From: an uncultured Bacilli bacterium
Lineage (GTDB): Bacteria; Bacillota_I; Bacilli_A; RF39; UBA660
NCBI GenBank assembly: GCA_947632625.1
Contig: CANRPZ010000003.1
Span: 1-34,412, forward strand
DNA: 34,412 nucleotides
Direction: 5' to 3'
Part shown: positions 19,561 to 28,156 of the stretch, piece after piece
How the letters are laid out: every line of letters starts with the position of its first letter
Position numbering within the stretch: position 1 is the first letter of the stretch
The notes under the pieces: generated by a model
Databases searched by the model: none
Told to the model about the DNA's origin: nothing
Seen by the model: only the letters and a program-made list of their open reading frames with translations
Position numbers and translations under genes: made by a program

Positions 19561-20240
19561 TAAAAAAATTACTTTTATGGTTAAAAACAAAATATCAAAA
19601 TTGTTTCTTTGTGGGAAGCAGTGATAAATTACCACCACCGTTAAGTAAAGAAGAAGAGCTCTCTCTTTTAATTCGTTTAAAAGAAGGGGATGATACAGCA
19701 AGAGAAAAATTAATTGAACATAACCTTCGTTTAGTGGTTTTTTTAGCAAAGAAATATGAGGGTAGTGGTTATGATATAGAAGATTTAGTAAGTATAGGTT
19801 CCATTGGTTTAATAAAAGGAATCAATACGTATAAAATTGATAAGAATATTAAACTTGCTACTTATGCTTCTCGTTGTATTGCTAATGAAATTTTAATGTT
19901 TTTAAGAAAAAATAAACGACGTAAAACCGAAATTTCCTTTGAAGATGCCCTAAACTATGATTCAGAAGGAAATGAACTCCATTTAGAAGATATTTTAGGA
20001 ACCGATGAAGATGTGGTCATTAAGGAATTTGAATCGGCGATGGATAAAAAAATGTTGGCAGATGAAATTAATAAATTGGATAAAAGAGATCGCCAAATCA
20101 TGATTTTAAGGTATGGATTAAATAATACGGAAGAATATACCCAAAAAGAGGTAGCAGAAATGTTGGGTATTAGTCAATCCTATATTTCTAGAATAGAAAA
20201 AAAAGTGATTAAAAATTTAAAAAATTTATTAAAAACTTAA
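19557..20240 (+). CDS. sigE: RNA polymerase sporulation sigma factor E (pro-sigma-E)
   Basis: Short pro-sequence then VGSSDKLPPPLSKEEE, LIEHNLRLVV, IKLATYASRCI, TQKEVAEMLGISQSYISRIEK; ATGA overlap with spoIIGA. Confidence 0.95.
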   Translation: MIKKLLLWLKTKYQNCFFVGSSDKLPPPLSKEEELSLLIRLKEGDDTAREKLIEHNLRLVVFLAKKYEGSGYDIEDLVSIGSIGLIKGINTYKIDKNIKLATYASRCIANEILMFLRKNKRRKTEISFEDALNYDSEGNELHLEDILGTDEDVVIKEFESAMDKKMLADEINKLDKRDRQIMILRYGLNNTEEYTQKEVAEMLGISQSYISRIEKKVIKNLKNLLKT

Positions 20241-20267
20241 AATATACTTATATTAAGTTTGGTAAAT

Positions 20268-20298
20268 GAATAAAAAAACTCTTTTTATAGCAAAACTA
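20268..20298 (+). promoter_or_regulatory. Putative sigma-F/sigma-G promoter of sigG
   Basis: GAATA (20268-20272), 18 nt, CAAAACTA (20291-20298). Confidence 0.55.
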
Positions 20299-20317
20299 GT
20301 ATGAAAGGAGTTTTTTT

Positions 20318-21094
20318 ATGAGTAAATACAAAGTAGATATTACGAACTTAAATACTAATGATATAAAAGTTCTTAAACAAAGTGAAATGAATGAATTATT
20401 TAAACAATATCAACAAGGTGATTTAACAGCAAAAGAAGAACTAATAAACGGAAATTTAAAGTTAGTATTAAGTATTTTAAAGCGTTTTAATAAAGAAAAG
20501 TATAATATGGATGATTTGTTTCAGGTTGGAGTTATTGGATTAATAAAAGCGATTGATAATTTTGATTTGTCTTATGATTTAAAATTATCTACGTATGCTT
20601 GTCCATTAATAATAGGAGAAATCAAGCGATATATTCGGGATAATACTCCCATTCGTGTCAGTCGGAGTATTAAAGATTTAGCTTACTCTATTATTAAATT
20701 TAAAGAAGAATACATAAAAACATATGGGGTTGAACCTACCAACCAAAAAATTAGTGAAGAACTAAATATATTAGAGTATCAAATTAATTTTGCTTTAGAA
20801 TCTTTACGAGAACCGATGAGTATTTTTGAACCTATTTATAATGATGGGGGAGATACTATTTATTTACAAGATCAAATTGCCGATAAAAAAGAAACAAATC
20901 AGGATAAGGATATGTTGATTTCTTTACGAAAAGCTTTAAATAAAATTAAAGAAAGAGAAAGAAATGTTTTAGTCTCTCGATTTATTATTGGTAAAACCCA
21001 AATGGAGATTGCCGAGTCTTTAGGTATTTCGCAAGCTCAAGTGTCTCGAATTGAAAAAAATGCTATTAATAATGTTAGGCGTTTAATTAAATAA
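20318..21094 (+). CDS. sigG: RNA polymerase sporulation sigma factor G
   Basis: MSKYKVDI..., DDLFQVGVIGLIKAIDNFD, IRVSRSIKD, SIFEPIYNDGGDTIY, GKTQMEIAESLGISQAQVSRIEK; follows sigE. Confidence 0.96.
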   Translation: MSKYKVDITNLNTNDIKVLKQSEMNELFKQYQQGDLTAKEELINGNLKLVLSILKRFNKEKYNMDDLFQVGVIGLIKAIDNFDLSYDLKLSTYACPLIIGEIKRYIRDNTPIRVSRSIKDLAYSIIKFKEEYIKTYGVEPTNQKISEELNILEYQINFALESLREPMSIFEPIYNDGGDTIYLQDQIADKKETNQDKDMLISLRKALNKIKERERNVLVSRFIIGKTQMEIAESLGISQAQVSRIEKNAINNVRRLIK

Positions 21095-21131
21095 TTTTTT
21101 TTGGTATAATAGTAGCAAGTGAGGTAGAAAA

Positions 21132-21578
21132 ATGAATAGTGAAAAAGTAAATGTTAAAAAAGTAAATGTTAAGGCGAAGATTCCAACTTATGGAACCCAA
21201 TATGCAGCAGGAGCAGATCTTTATGCTTGTATAGAAGAGTCTTTAAGTTTCAATCCCCATGAAACAAAGTTAGTTCCGACTGGTCTTTCTTTTGAAATAC
21301 CTTCTGGCTATGCCGGATTTATTTATGCAAGAAGCGGACTTGCTAGCAAAAGACATTTAGCACCAGCCAATAAAGTAGGGGTAGTTGATTCCGATTATCG
21401 TGGAGAGGTGATGGTCGCTTTACATAACCACAGTAATGAAACACAAACGATTGAACCAGAGGAAAGAATTGCTCAATTTGTTATTGCTCCTTATTTAAAA
21501 GCGGAATTTAATTTAGTAGAAGAATTAGATGAAACGACGCGTGGTAGTGGTGGTTTTGGTTCAACAGGAACGAAATAG
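21132..21578 (+). CDS. dut: dUTP diphosphatase
   Basis: AAGADL, ARSGL, GVVDSDYRGE, RIAQ, RGSGGFGSTG motifs. Confidence 0.97.
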   Translation: MNSEKVNVKKVNVKAKIPTYGTQYAAGADLYACIEESLSFNPHETKLVPTGLSFEIPSGYAGFIYARSGLASKRHLAPANKVGVVDSDYRGEVMVALHNHSNETQTIEPEERIAQFVIAPYLKAEFNLVEELDETTRGSGGFGSTGTK

Positions 21579-21644
21579 GTGAAAAAGAATTTTATAAAAG
21601 TTCTTTTTTTTTAACTTTTTAATACAATAAAGTAAGGTGGTAAT

Positions 21645-21866
21645 ATGCGAGTGTCCGATTTACAACTTAAAGATGTTGTCAGTTTACTAGATGGAAAAAA
21701 ATTAGGCAGAATTGTGGATATTGAACTAAATAACGAGGGACAAGTAAAATATTTTGTTGTTGAGCCTAAACATTTTTTTAATTTTTTTAAAAGTAATAAT
21801 GAAATTAATGTGGGAATGAAAGAAATAAAAAAAATTGGGGAAGATGTCATATTGGTTGAAATATAA
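21645..21866 (+). CDS. ylmC: YlmC/YmxH family sporulation protein (PRC barrel)
   Basis: MRVSDLQLKDVV...DGKKLGRIVDIEL...IKKIGEDVILV; near sigG. Confidence 0.88.
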   Translation: MRVSDLQLKDVVSLLDGKKLGRIVDIELNNEGQVKYFVVEPKHFFNFFKSNNEINVGMKEIKKIGEDVILVEI

Positions 21867-21907
21867 TCTTTTTTTTTTTATAATATAAGAAGAAAGAAAG
21901 GATGTTT

Positions 21908-22369
21908 ATGAATAAAAAAATTTTTTTAGTGGCTATTCTTTCTTTATTAATTGACCAAATCAGTAAAATTGGAATTGGTATTTTTTTAACTTTTAATGAA
22001 AAAAAGATTCTTATTAAAAATTTTTTTTCTTTACAGCTTATTCAAAATTATGGAGCTGCCTGGAATATTTTAAATAATAAAGTAGATTTTTTAATCCTTA
22101 TTTCCTTACTTGCTATTTTTATTCTTTATCGTTATATGTATAATTTTAAACACAATAAAAGAAACAATTTGGCTTTTGGTTTGATTTTAGGTGGTGTAGT
22201 AGGGAATTTAATCGATCGAGTTTTTCTAGGGTATGTAAGAGACTTTTTAGCATTTAAAATTATAAATTATGATTATCCGGTGTTTAATTTCGCCGATGTG
22301 TTTATTGTAATAGGAGTATTTCTTTTAATTTTTGCAATATTAAAAGGAGAAGACAGAGATGAAATTTAA
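21908..22369 (+). CDS. lspA: Signal peptidase II
   Basis: DQISK, NYGAAW, GNLIDR, VRDF, VFNFAD. ATG 21908 is better spaced from GAAAGGA than ATG 21902. Confidence 0.95.
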   Translation: MNKKIFLVAILSLLIDQISKIGIGIFLTFNEKKILIKNFFSLQLIQNYGAAWNILNNKVDFLILISLLAIFILYRYMYNFKHNKRNNLAFGLILGGVVGNLIDRVFLGYVRDFLAFKIINYDYPVFNFADVFIVIGVFLLIFAILKGEDRDEI

Positions 22370-23243
22370 TAGTGAGGTAGAAAAAATTCGTATTGATAAG
22401 TATTTAAGTGATAAATTGGCTTTTTCACGTAGTTGTATTGCTAAAATGCTTCAAGATGGTAGTATTTTGGTCAATCAAAAACAAGTAAAACCGAGTTATA
22501 TCGTTTCTTTAAATGATCAAATTGAAATTGTTAAAGAATATAAAAAAGAATCGGATTTAAAACCGGAAGAAATGCCTTTAGATATTGTTTATGAAGATGA
22601 TGATATTATGGTTATTAATAAGCCTAGTGGGGTTGTTGTGCATCCTGGAGCTGGGAATTCTTTTAATACCCTTGCTAATGGGCTTTTATATTACACCCAA
22701 AATTTAAGTGATGTAAATGGTGAAAAAAGGCCCGGAATTGTTCATCGCTTGGATAAAGATACCTCTGGATTAATGTTAGTTGCTAAAAATAACAAAGCTC
22801 ATGAAATTTTATCCGAAGATTTTAAAGTTCATGCGGTAAAAAGAGAATATGTTGCTCTTTTGTGTGGAGTACTACCGCATAACGAAGCTAAAATTGATGC
22901 TCCGATTGGAAGAGATACTAAAAATCGTAAAAGAATGGCTGTTACGGATAAGAATTCTAAAAATGCCGTTACGTATTTAAAAGTGTTAAAGCGTTATAAA
23001 AACTATACTTTAGTAAGCCTTCATTTAGAAACGGGAAGAACCCATCAAATTCGAGTTCATATGAAATATATTGGCTATCCGGTTTTTAATGATCCTCTTT
23101 ATGGATGTGAAAGTAAAAAAAATATTGGGCAATTTCTACATTCTAAAACGATTTCTTTTAAGCATCCAATTACTAAAAAAGAAATGTTTTTTTCCTCTGA
23201 ATTACCTAGTTATTTTACCGAGTTTTTAAATACTTTAGAATAG
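22359..23243 (+). CDS. rluD: RluA-family (RluD-like) pseudouridine synthase
   Basis: S4-like RIDKYL start, INKPSG, HRLDKDTSG, TGRTHQIRVH; conserved lspA-rluD pairing. Confidence 0.9.
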   Translation: MKFNSEVEKIRIDKYLSDKLAFSRSCIAKMLQDGSILVNQKQVKPSYIVSLNDQIEIVKEYKKESDLKPEEMPLDIVYEDDDIMVINKPSGVVVHPGAGNSFNTLANGLLYYTQNLSDVNGEKRPGIVHRLDKDTSGLMLVAKNNKAHEILSEDFKVHAVKREYVALLCGVLPHNEAKIDAPIGRDTKNRKRMAVTDKNSKNAVTYLKVLKRYKNYTLVSLHLETGRTHQIRVHMKYIGYPVFNDPLYGCESKKNIGQFLHSKTISFKHPITKKEMFFSSELPSYFTEFLNTLE

Positions 23244-23567
23244 AAAAAGCATGAAAATATGCGCAAATGTATAAACACATAAAAAGAAATAGGGGAGACT
23301 GAAAAGATGATAGTTTCCATAAATATTTTTAATGTGATATACAAATAGATAGGAAAAAATCATTAAAAATAAAGAAATAAAGAAAGTACAGAAAAGGTTA
23401 TTTACAAAAAGGAAAAAATAAAAAAACGCTAAAAGTAAAATTAAATTACTTATGTAAATAAATAAAAAATCATTGTCAATTTTTTCCATTAGAATAATTT
23501 TTCGAATGGGAATGAATAAAAGAATATGACTCAAAATAAAACATAGGGTTATTACTAGTGTTTTTAT
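23235..23567 (-). CDS. Small hydrophobic membrane protein, divergent TspO/MBR-like
   Basis: Fills the whole rluD-rhomboid gap on the minus strand. RBS AAGAGGTG (23573-23580) is followed by in-frame ATA at 23567; the track's TTG at 23534 is the alternative. C-terminal SLPYFFLCVY resembles the TspO LxPYLxW helix. Confidence 0.55.
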   Translation of the reverse strand: MKTLVITLCFILSHILLFIPIRKIILMEKIDNDFLFIYISNLILLLAFFYFFLFVNNLFCTFFISLFLMIFSYLFVYHIKNIYGNYHLFSLPYFFLCVYTFAHIFMLFLF

Positions 23568-23629
23568 AAACTCACCTCTTTACTTAATTTAAGAAATATA
23601 CTAAAATATATACTTAAGGAGTTAGAAAT

Positions 23630-24769
23630 ATGAATACAATAACGATTACCCCCAAAGATGAAATAGTGATGCGTTTAGTCCATTTTTTTATAACGGAAGC
23701 AAATTATACGCCGATTATAGTAAATGGGGTAAAGGATGAGGTTTGGTTAGAAAATAGCGAAGCCAAATACAAAATTGTTCGTATTAATTCCAATTACATT
23801 CATAATGAGGAGCAATTTCGTACCGATTTATTTAAAATTAAAAATGTTATGCATCAAATTAAACGAAAAACCGTTTCTTTTACGATGAATACATTTAATA
23901 TTTTTTTGGATGTAAATGAAAATGTTAAATTGGAAGACGAAAAACATATTAAATCAATTGTGATTCATAATATGGAAGATGTTGAAAAAAATAAAATGGA
24001 AAAATATTTTCCTGGAATTGAGAATAAACTATTAAAAAATACGGAGGGGTTAGATTTAATTATCAATGTAACGGAAGATATTAATGCTAAAACAGCCGAA
24101 AATAATAAAATATATGAAGGTACTTTTAAGCCAAAGAAAATCATTGTTACGTATTTTTTGATGGCTTTATGTGTTTTTATCTTCTTTTTAAGTTTTATTA
24201 TTGGTAAAGGAAATTTAGATGCTTATACCCTTTATAAATTAGGAGCTGTTAGTCGAACTGCCATAAGAAATAAAGAGATTTGGCGCTTACTTACGGGGAC
24301 ATTTTTGCATACGGGCTTGCTTCATTTGTTGGTCAATGTTTATTCGCTATGTGTTATAGGTGTACAATTAGAAAATTTTGTAGGAAAAAAGAAATTTTTA
24401 GTTATCTATCTTATTAGTGCAATTAGTGGTAGTTTAATGTCTAGTTTATTTAATAGTGGTATTTCGGTTGGAGCAAGTGGTGCTATATTTGGATTATTAG
24501 GTAGTATGCTATATTTTGGATATCATTATCGCTTGTATTTAGGAAATGTTTTAAGAGCTCAAATTATTCCTATTATTTTATTAAACTTATTTATTGGTTT
24601 TACAATTCCTGGTATTGATAATGCTGCTCATATTGGGGGATTAGTCGGAGGGTACTTATCGACAATGGCCATGGGAATTAACGGAAAATCAAGTAAGACA
24701 GATGAAATAAATGGTTATATTGTCCTTGTGATCTATTTAGCTTTTTTATGTATTATGTTATTTCGATAA
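23630..24769 (+). CDS. Rhomboid family intramembrane serine protease (GluP-like, N-terminal soluble domain)
   Basis: WRLLTGTFLH, catalytic GASG, AHIGG; about 170-aa soluble N-terminal region. Confidence 0.92.
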   Translation: MNTITITPKDEIVMRLVHFFITEANYTPIIVNGVKDEVWLENSEAKYKIVRINSNYIHNEEQFRTDLFKIKNVMHQIKRKTVSFTMNTFNIFLDVNENVKLEDEKHIKSIVIHNMEDVEKNKMEKYFPGIENKLLKNTEGLDLIINVTEDINAKTAENNKIYEGTFKPKKIIVTYFLMALCVFIFFLSFIIGKGNLDAYTLYKLGAVSRTAIRNKEIWRLLTGTFLHTGLLHLLVNVYSLCVIGVQLENFVGKKKFLVIYLISAISGSLMSSLFNSGISVGASGAIFGLLGSMLYFGYHYRLYLGNVLRAQIIPIILLNLFIGFTIPGIDNAAHIGGLVGGYLSTMAMGINGKSSKTDEINGYIVLVIYLAFLCIMLFR

Positions 24770-24877
24770 AAAATCATTATTCAAGATATCTAATCTTGAA
24801 AAGATTTTTTTTTTTTGCTATAATGAACATGCTTTTTAAAACTTTTAAAATTTAAATTAGAAAGAAGAGATTTATTT

Positions 24878-26512
24878 ATGAGTAAAATAAAAATTTTTAG
24901 TTTGGGCGGTTTAGATGAAAATGGTAAAAATACCTATGTTATAGAAATTGATAAAAACATTTATGTTTTTGACTGTGGACTTAAATATGCTACGGGAAAT
25001 ATGTTAGGTATTGATTATATTATTCCGGATTTTGATTATCTAATTAAAAATCAAAAAAGAGTAAAGGGAGTATTTTTAACGCATGGTCACTATGAAAACA
25101 TGGGTTCAGCCGCCGATTTAGTTAAAAATATTCCGTCCATTCGCTTGTTTGCAACAAAGTTTACGAAATATGAACTTATAAATTCGGGGGTACCTGAAAA
25201 AAATATTATTGAGATTACCCCTCATAAGAAATTAAACTTTGGCAGCGTAAGTATTTTCCCGATTACCGTTTCTCATAGTTGTCCAGATGCGGTTATGTAT
25301 GTTATTAATACAAAAGATGGAGCTATTTGCTATACGGGAGATTTTATTATTGATTCTAAAATGACCGGACATTATGATATGGATTTAGGTCGTATCGCGT
25401 ATGTTGGAAAACAAGGAGTTTTGTGTTTACTTTCAGAATCTACTTTTTCTGATCGACCAGGACATACCTCTCCTTCTCATCGATTAGAAGATTTCTTTAA
25501 AGATATTATTAACAAATATAATGAACGTCTTTTATATTTGGTTTTACCAACGCATCTTTATACGATTCAAGATATCTTTAATAGTGCTTTAAATAAACAT
25601 CGTAAAGTTGTTTTAATGGGGAAAACTTTACAAAATGTTGTTAATTTTGCCAAAAGAGAAGGCTATTTAACTTTTCCTGATGATTTGTTAGGGGATTTAT
25701 CAAATATTGCCGATAAAGATGCTATCTTGCTTCTATGCGATGATAAAGAAAACCCTTATGCCTCTATTAGTAAAGTCATGAACGGTTATGATCGATATAT
25801 TACTTTAAAACCAACAGATACTGTAATCTTTGCAGAACCAAGATACGATAGTAATGAAAAGTTACTTGTTAAAATTGAAAATGAACTTGCCATGTTTGGC
25901 TGTCGTATTATTTCGATTCCCAAAGATAAAAATATTTTGCATCATGCATCTAGTGAAGATTTAATGTTAATGTTAAAACTTACCAATCCAAAATATTACA
26001 TGCCTGTTAAAGGGGAATATCGTTATTTAGTTTTAAATGCTGATTTAGCTAGTTCTCTTGGAATTCCTAAAGAAAACATTATTTTAAAACAAAATGGGGA
26101 TGTTGTTCTTTTTGAAGATGGTTTATTAAAAGAATCAAATGATCACATTAAAGTAAATGAGTGTTTAATTGATGGAAAAAGTAGTGATGATGTTGGGGAA
26201 CTTGTTATTAAAGACCGAGAAATGTTAAGTGAAAATGGAATTGTTTTAATTAGTGCTACTTTAAGTAAGAAAACGAAAAAATTATTAGTTGGACCTGAAG
26301 TAACCACTAGAGGTTTTATTTATGTTAAAGATTCTAAAGAAATTATTCACGAAATAAAAAGAATTTCTGAAGATGTCATTACTCGTAATATTGTTGATAA
26401 TTTTGTAGATTTTAATAAAATTAAAACTGACATTCGCACCGAGTTAAGTAAATATTTATATGAAGAAACCGAATGTAAACCAATGATTATTGCTGTTGTT
26501 CAAGAGGTATAA
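24878..26512 (+). CDS. rnjB: Ribonuclease J, J2-like
   Basis: LGGLDENGKN, DCG, THGHYENMG (degenerate relative to J1 HGHEDHIG, like J2), YTGDF, RGFIYV. Confidence 0.85.
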   Translation: MSKIKIFSLGGLDENGKNTYVIEIDKNIYVFDCGLKYATGNMLGIDYIIPDFDYLIKNQKRVKGVFLTHGHYENMGSAADLVKNIPSIRLFATKFTKYELINSGVPEKNIIEITPHKKLNFGSVSIFPITVSHSCPDAVMYVINTKDGAICYTGDFIIDSKMTGHYDMDLGRIAYVGKQGVLCLLSESTFSDRPGHTSPSHRLEDFFKDIINKYNERLLYLVLPTHLYTIQDIFNSALNKHRKVVLMGKTLQNVVNFAKREGYLTFPDDLLGDLSNIADKDAILLLCDDKENPYASISKVMNGYDRYITLKPTDTVIFAEPRYDSNEKLLVKIENELAMFGCRIISIPKDKNILHHASSEDLMLMLKLTNPKYYMPVKGEYRYLVLNADLASSLGIPKENIILKQNGDVVLFEDGLLKESNDHIKVNECLIDGKSSDDVGELVIKDREMLSENGIVLISATLSKKTKKLLVGPEVTTRGFIYVKDSKEIIHEIKRISEDVITRNIVDNFVDFNKIKTDIRTELSKYLYEETECKPMIIAVVQEV

Positions 26513-26536
26513 AATATAGAAAATTGCCCATATTAG
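26507..26536 (+). promoter_or_regulatory. Putative sigma-G promoter
   Basis: GTATA (26507-26511), 18 nt, CATATTA (26530-26536), matching the sigma-G consensus. Confidence 0.65.
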
Positions 26537-26554
26537 AAATGGGTGATTTTTTAG

Positions 26555-26989
26555 ATGAAAGAAAATAAAAATATTAACTTTTTAAATGATATTTATAAAA
26601 TTGTTGAAATGGGTGTTATCGGGATAAACGATGTGATTAATAAAGCTAAAAAAGAAAAATTTCGCGAGTTATTAGAACACCAAAGAGATGAATACAACAC
26701 TATATTAAAAGAAAGTGAACAAATTTTTTTAGCTTATGGAGCCAAAGAACGTGAATTAGGTAAGATGGTAAAAATGAATAGTAAAATGATGAGTGAAGCC
26801 AAGTTATTTAAAAAGGATGATGATAGTACAATTGCTAAAATGATGATAGAAGGAACAATGAAAGGCATAAAAAAGTTAGAAAGTTGTATTAGTACTTATA
26901 ATGAGGAAGATGAAGAGGCCTACGATCTTTCTTTAAAGCTATTAGATATGCTTAAGCATAATATTCGTGATTTAAAAATATACTTATAA
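26555..26989 (+). CDS. Hypothetical helical (ferritin-like) protein, probably forespore-expressed
   Basis: 144 aa all-helical with EMG and IAKMMIEG motifs; RBS GGGTGA; sigma-G-like promoter upstream. Confidence 0.7.
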   Translation: MKENKNINFLNDIYKIVEMGVIGINDVINKAKKEKFRELLEHQRDEYNTILKESEQIFLAYGAKERELGKMVKMNSKMMSEAKLFKKDDDSTIAKMMIEGTMKGIKKLESCISTYNEEDEEAYDLSLKLLDMLKHNIRDLKIYL

Positions 26990-26991
26990 TG

Positions 26992-27020
26992 AACATTAAA
27001 TGAAATATTTAATGTTTTTT
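26992..27020 (+). terminator. Intrinsic terminator
   Basis: aacattaaat (26992-27001) / atttaatgtt (27007-27016) plus T tail. Confidence 0.6.
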
Positions 27021-27060
27021 ATTTTATATTTTGCTATAATGTTTAAGAAAGGATTCTGCT

Positions 27061-28095
27061 ATGAAAAAAAATTTGCCAAATCTTTTGACTCTTTCTCGAA
27101 TATTAGCTATTCCTTTAATTCTTTATTTTGGAATAAAAGGGCAATTTGTATGGTTGATTATTTGGGGGTCTTTGATTGCCTTAACGGATTATTTAGATGG
27201 AAAATTAGCAAGAAAGTGGCATGCAACAAGTAAACTAGGTGCCAAATTAGATGCTGTTGGAGATAAATGCTTTGCTTTTTCTTTACTTGCTATACTAATC
27301 TATTATACTCATAGTTTTTTTTATGTACTGGTTTTAGAAGGTTTAATTGCCTTATTTAATATATACGTTTTTTTAAAGTACAACGTTGTTCAATCTTTAA
27401 TTGTAGGAAAAATCAAAACTTGGATTATTTTTAGTACGATTTTAATTGGTTTTTTAAATTTATTAATCGATAATAAGCTTCCTATTTCTTTGTTTGTTTT
27501 TATTGCGGTTTTATTTCAAATTGTAAGTTTAATACAATATATACATGCTTATGTTTTATTAAAAAAACAAAAGAATAGTGAAAAACTTTTAAATCAAGAA
27601 TATATCGAAATCGTAAGCCCAATATTAAAAAGTGAAGAATTTTTAAAAAGAAAACATTTTTCACACCATTACAATGAAAGTGTTTACGATCATGTTTTAA
27701 GAGTTTCATACGATTGTTATAAAATTGGTAAAAAATTAAAATGGGATTATAAAGCCTTGGCCATTGCTGGTTTGTTACATGATTTTTATGAGAAACCTTG
27801 GCAAGAGGATTTTTTAAAGAAACCTTTCTTTCAAAAACATGGTTTTACCCATGCAGAGAATGCGAGATGTAATGCCTTGAAATATTTTCCAGATTTAATG
27901 AATGAAAAAATAGAAAGTATGATCAAAACTCATATGTTTCCGTTAAATATAGCTTTACCAAAATATAAAGAAAGTTGGTTATTAACATTTGTGGATAAAG
28001 TAAATTCTATTGACTTTCTATTTCATCCTACTTTGATGATGCCGCGTATACGAAAAAAAAAATTAAAACAAAAAGATACAGAGAATAAGAAATAA
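27061..28095 (+). CDS. CDP-alcohol phosphatidyltransferase (PgsA-like) fused to an HD-domain hydrolase
   Basis: N-terminal NLPNLLTLSRI and DYLDGKLAR...LGAKLDAVGDK; C-terminal HVLRVS...AGLLHDF...HAE...THMFP...VDK; one continuous ORF. Confidence 0.85.
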   Translation: MKKNLPNLLTLSRILAIPLILYFGIKGQFVWLIIWGSLIALTDYLDGKLARKWHATSKLGAKLDAVGDKCFAFSLLAILIYYTHSFFYVLVLEGLIALFNIYVFLKYNVVQSLIVGKIKTWIIFSTILIGFLNLLIDNKLPISLFVFIAVLFQIVSLIQYIHAYVLLKKQKNSEKLLNQEYIEIVSPILKSEEFLKRKHFSHHYNESVYDHVLRVSYDCYKIGKKLKWDYKALAIAGLLHDFYEKPWQEDFLKKPFFQKHGFTHAENARCNALKYFPDLMNEKIESMIKTHMFPLNIALPKYKESWLLTFVDKVNSIDFLFHPTLMMPRIRKKKLKQKDTENKK

Positions 28096-28156
28096 TTTCT
28101 TTCAACCCATGCTAATTTTTGCTATAATAAAATTAGAATCATGGGGGAGGGATTAT

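Noticed and set aside
24878-26512. Degenerate RNase J metal-binding motif as a novelty
   Set aside because: THGHYENMG is the expected RNase J2-type divergence.
27000-27233. 77-aa + strand ORF overlapping the pgsA-HD start (likewise 14379-14570 and 15288-15488)
   Set aside because: Alternate-frame overlaps of well-supported genes, without RBS or recognisable motifs.
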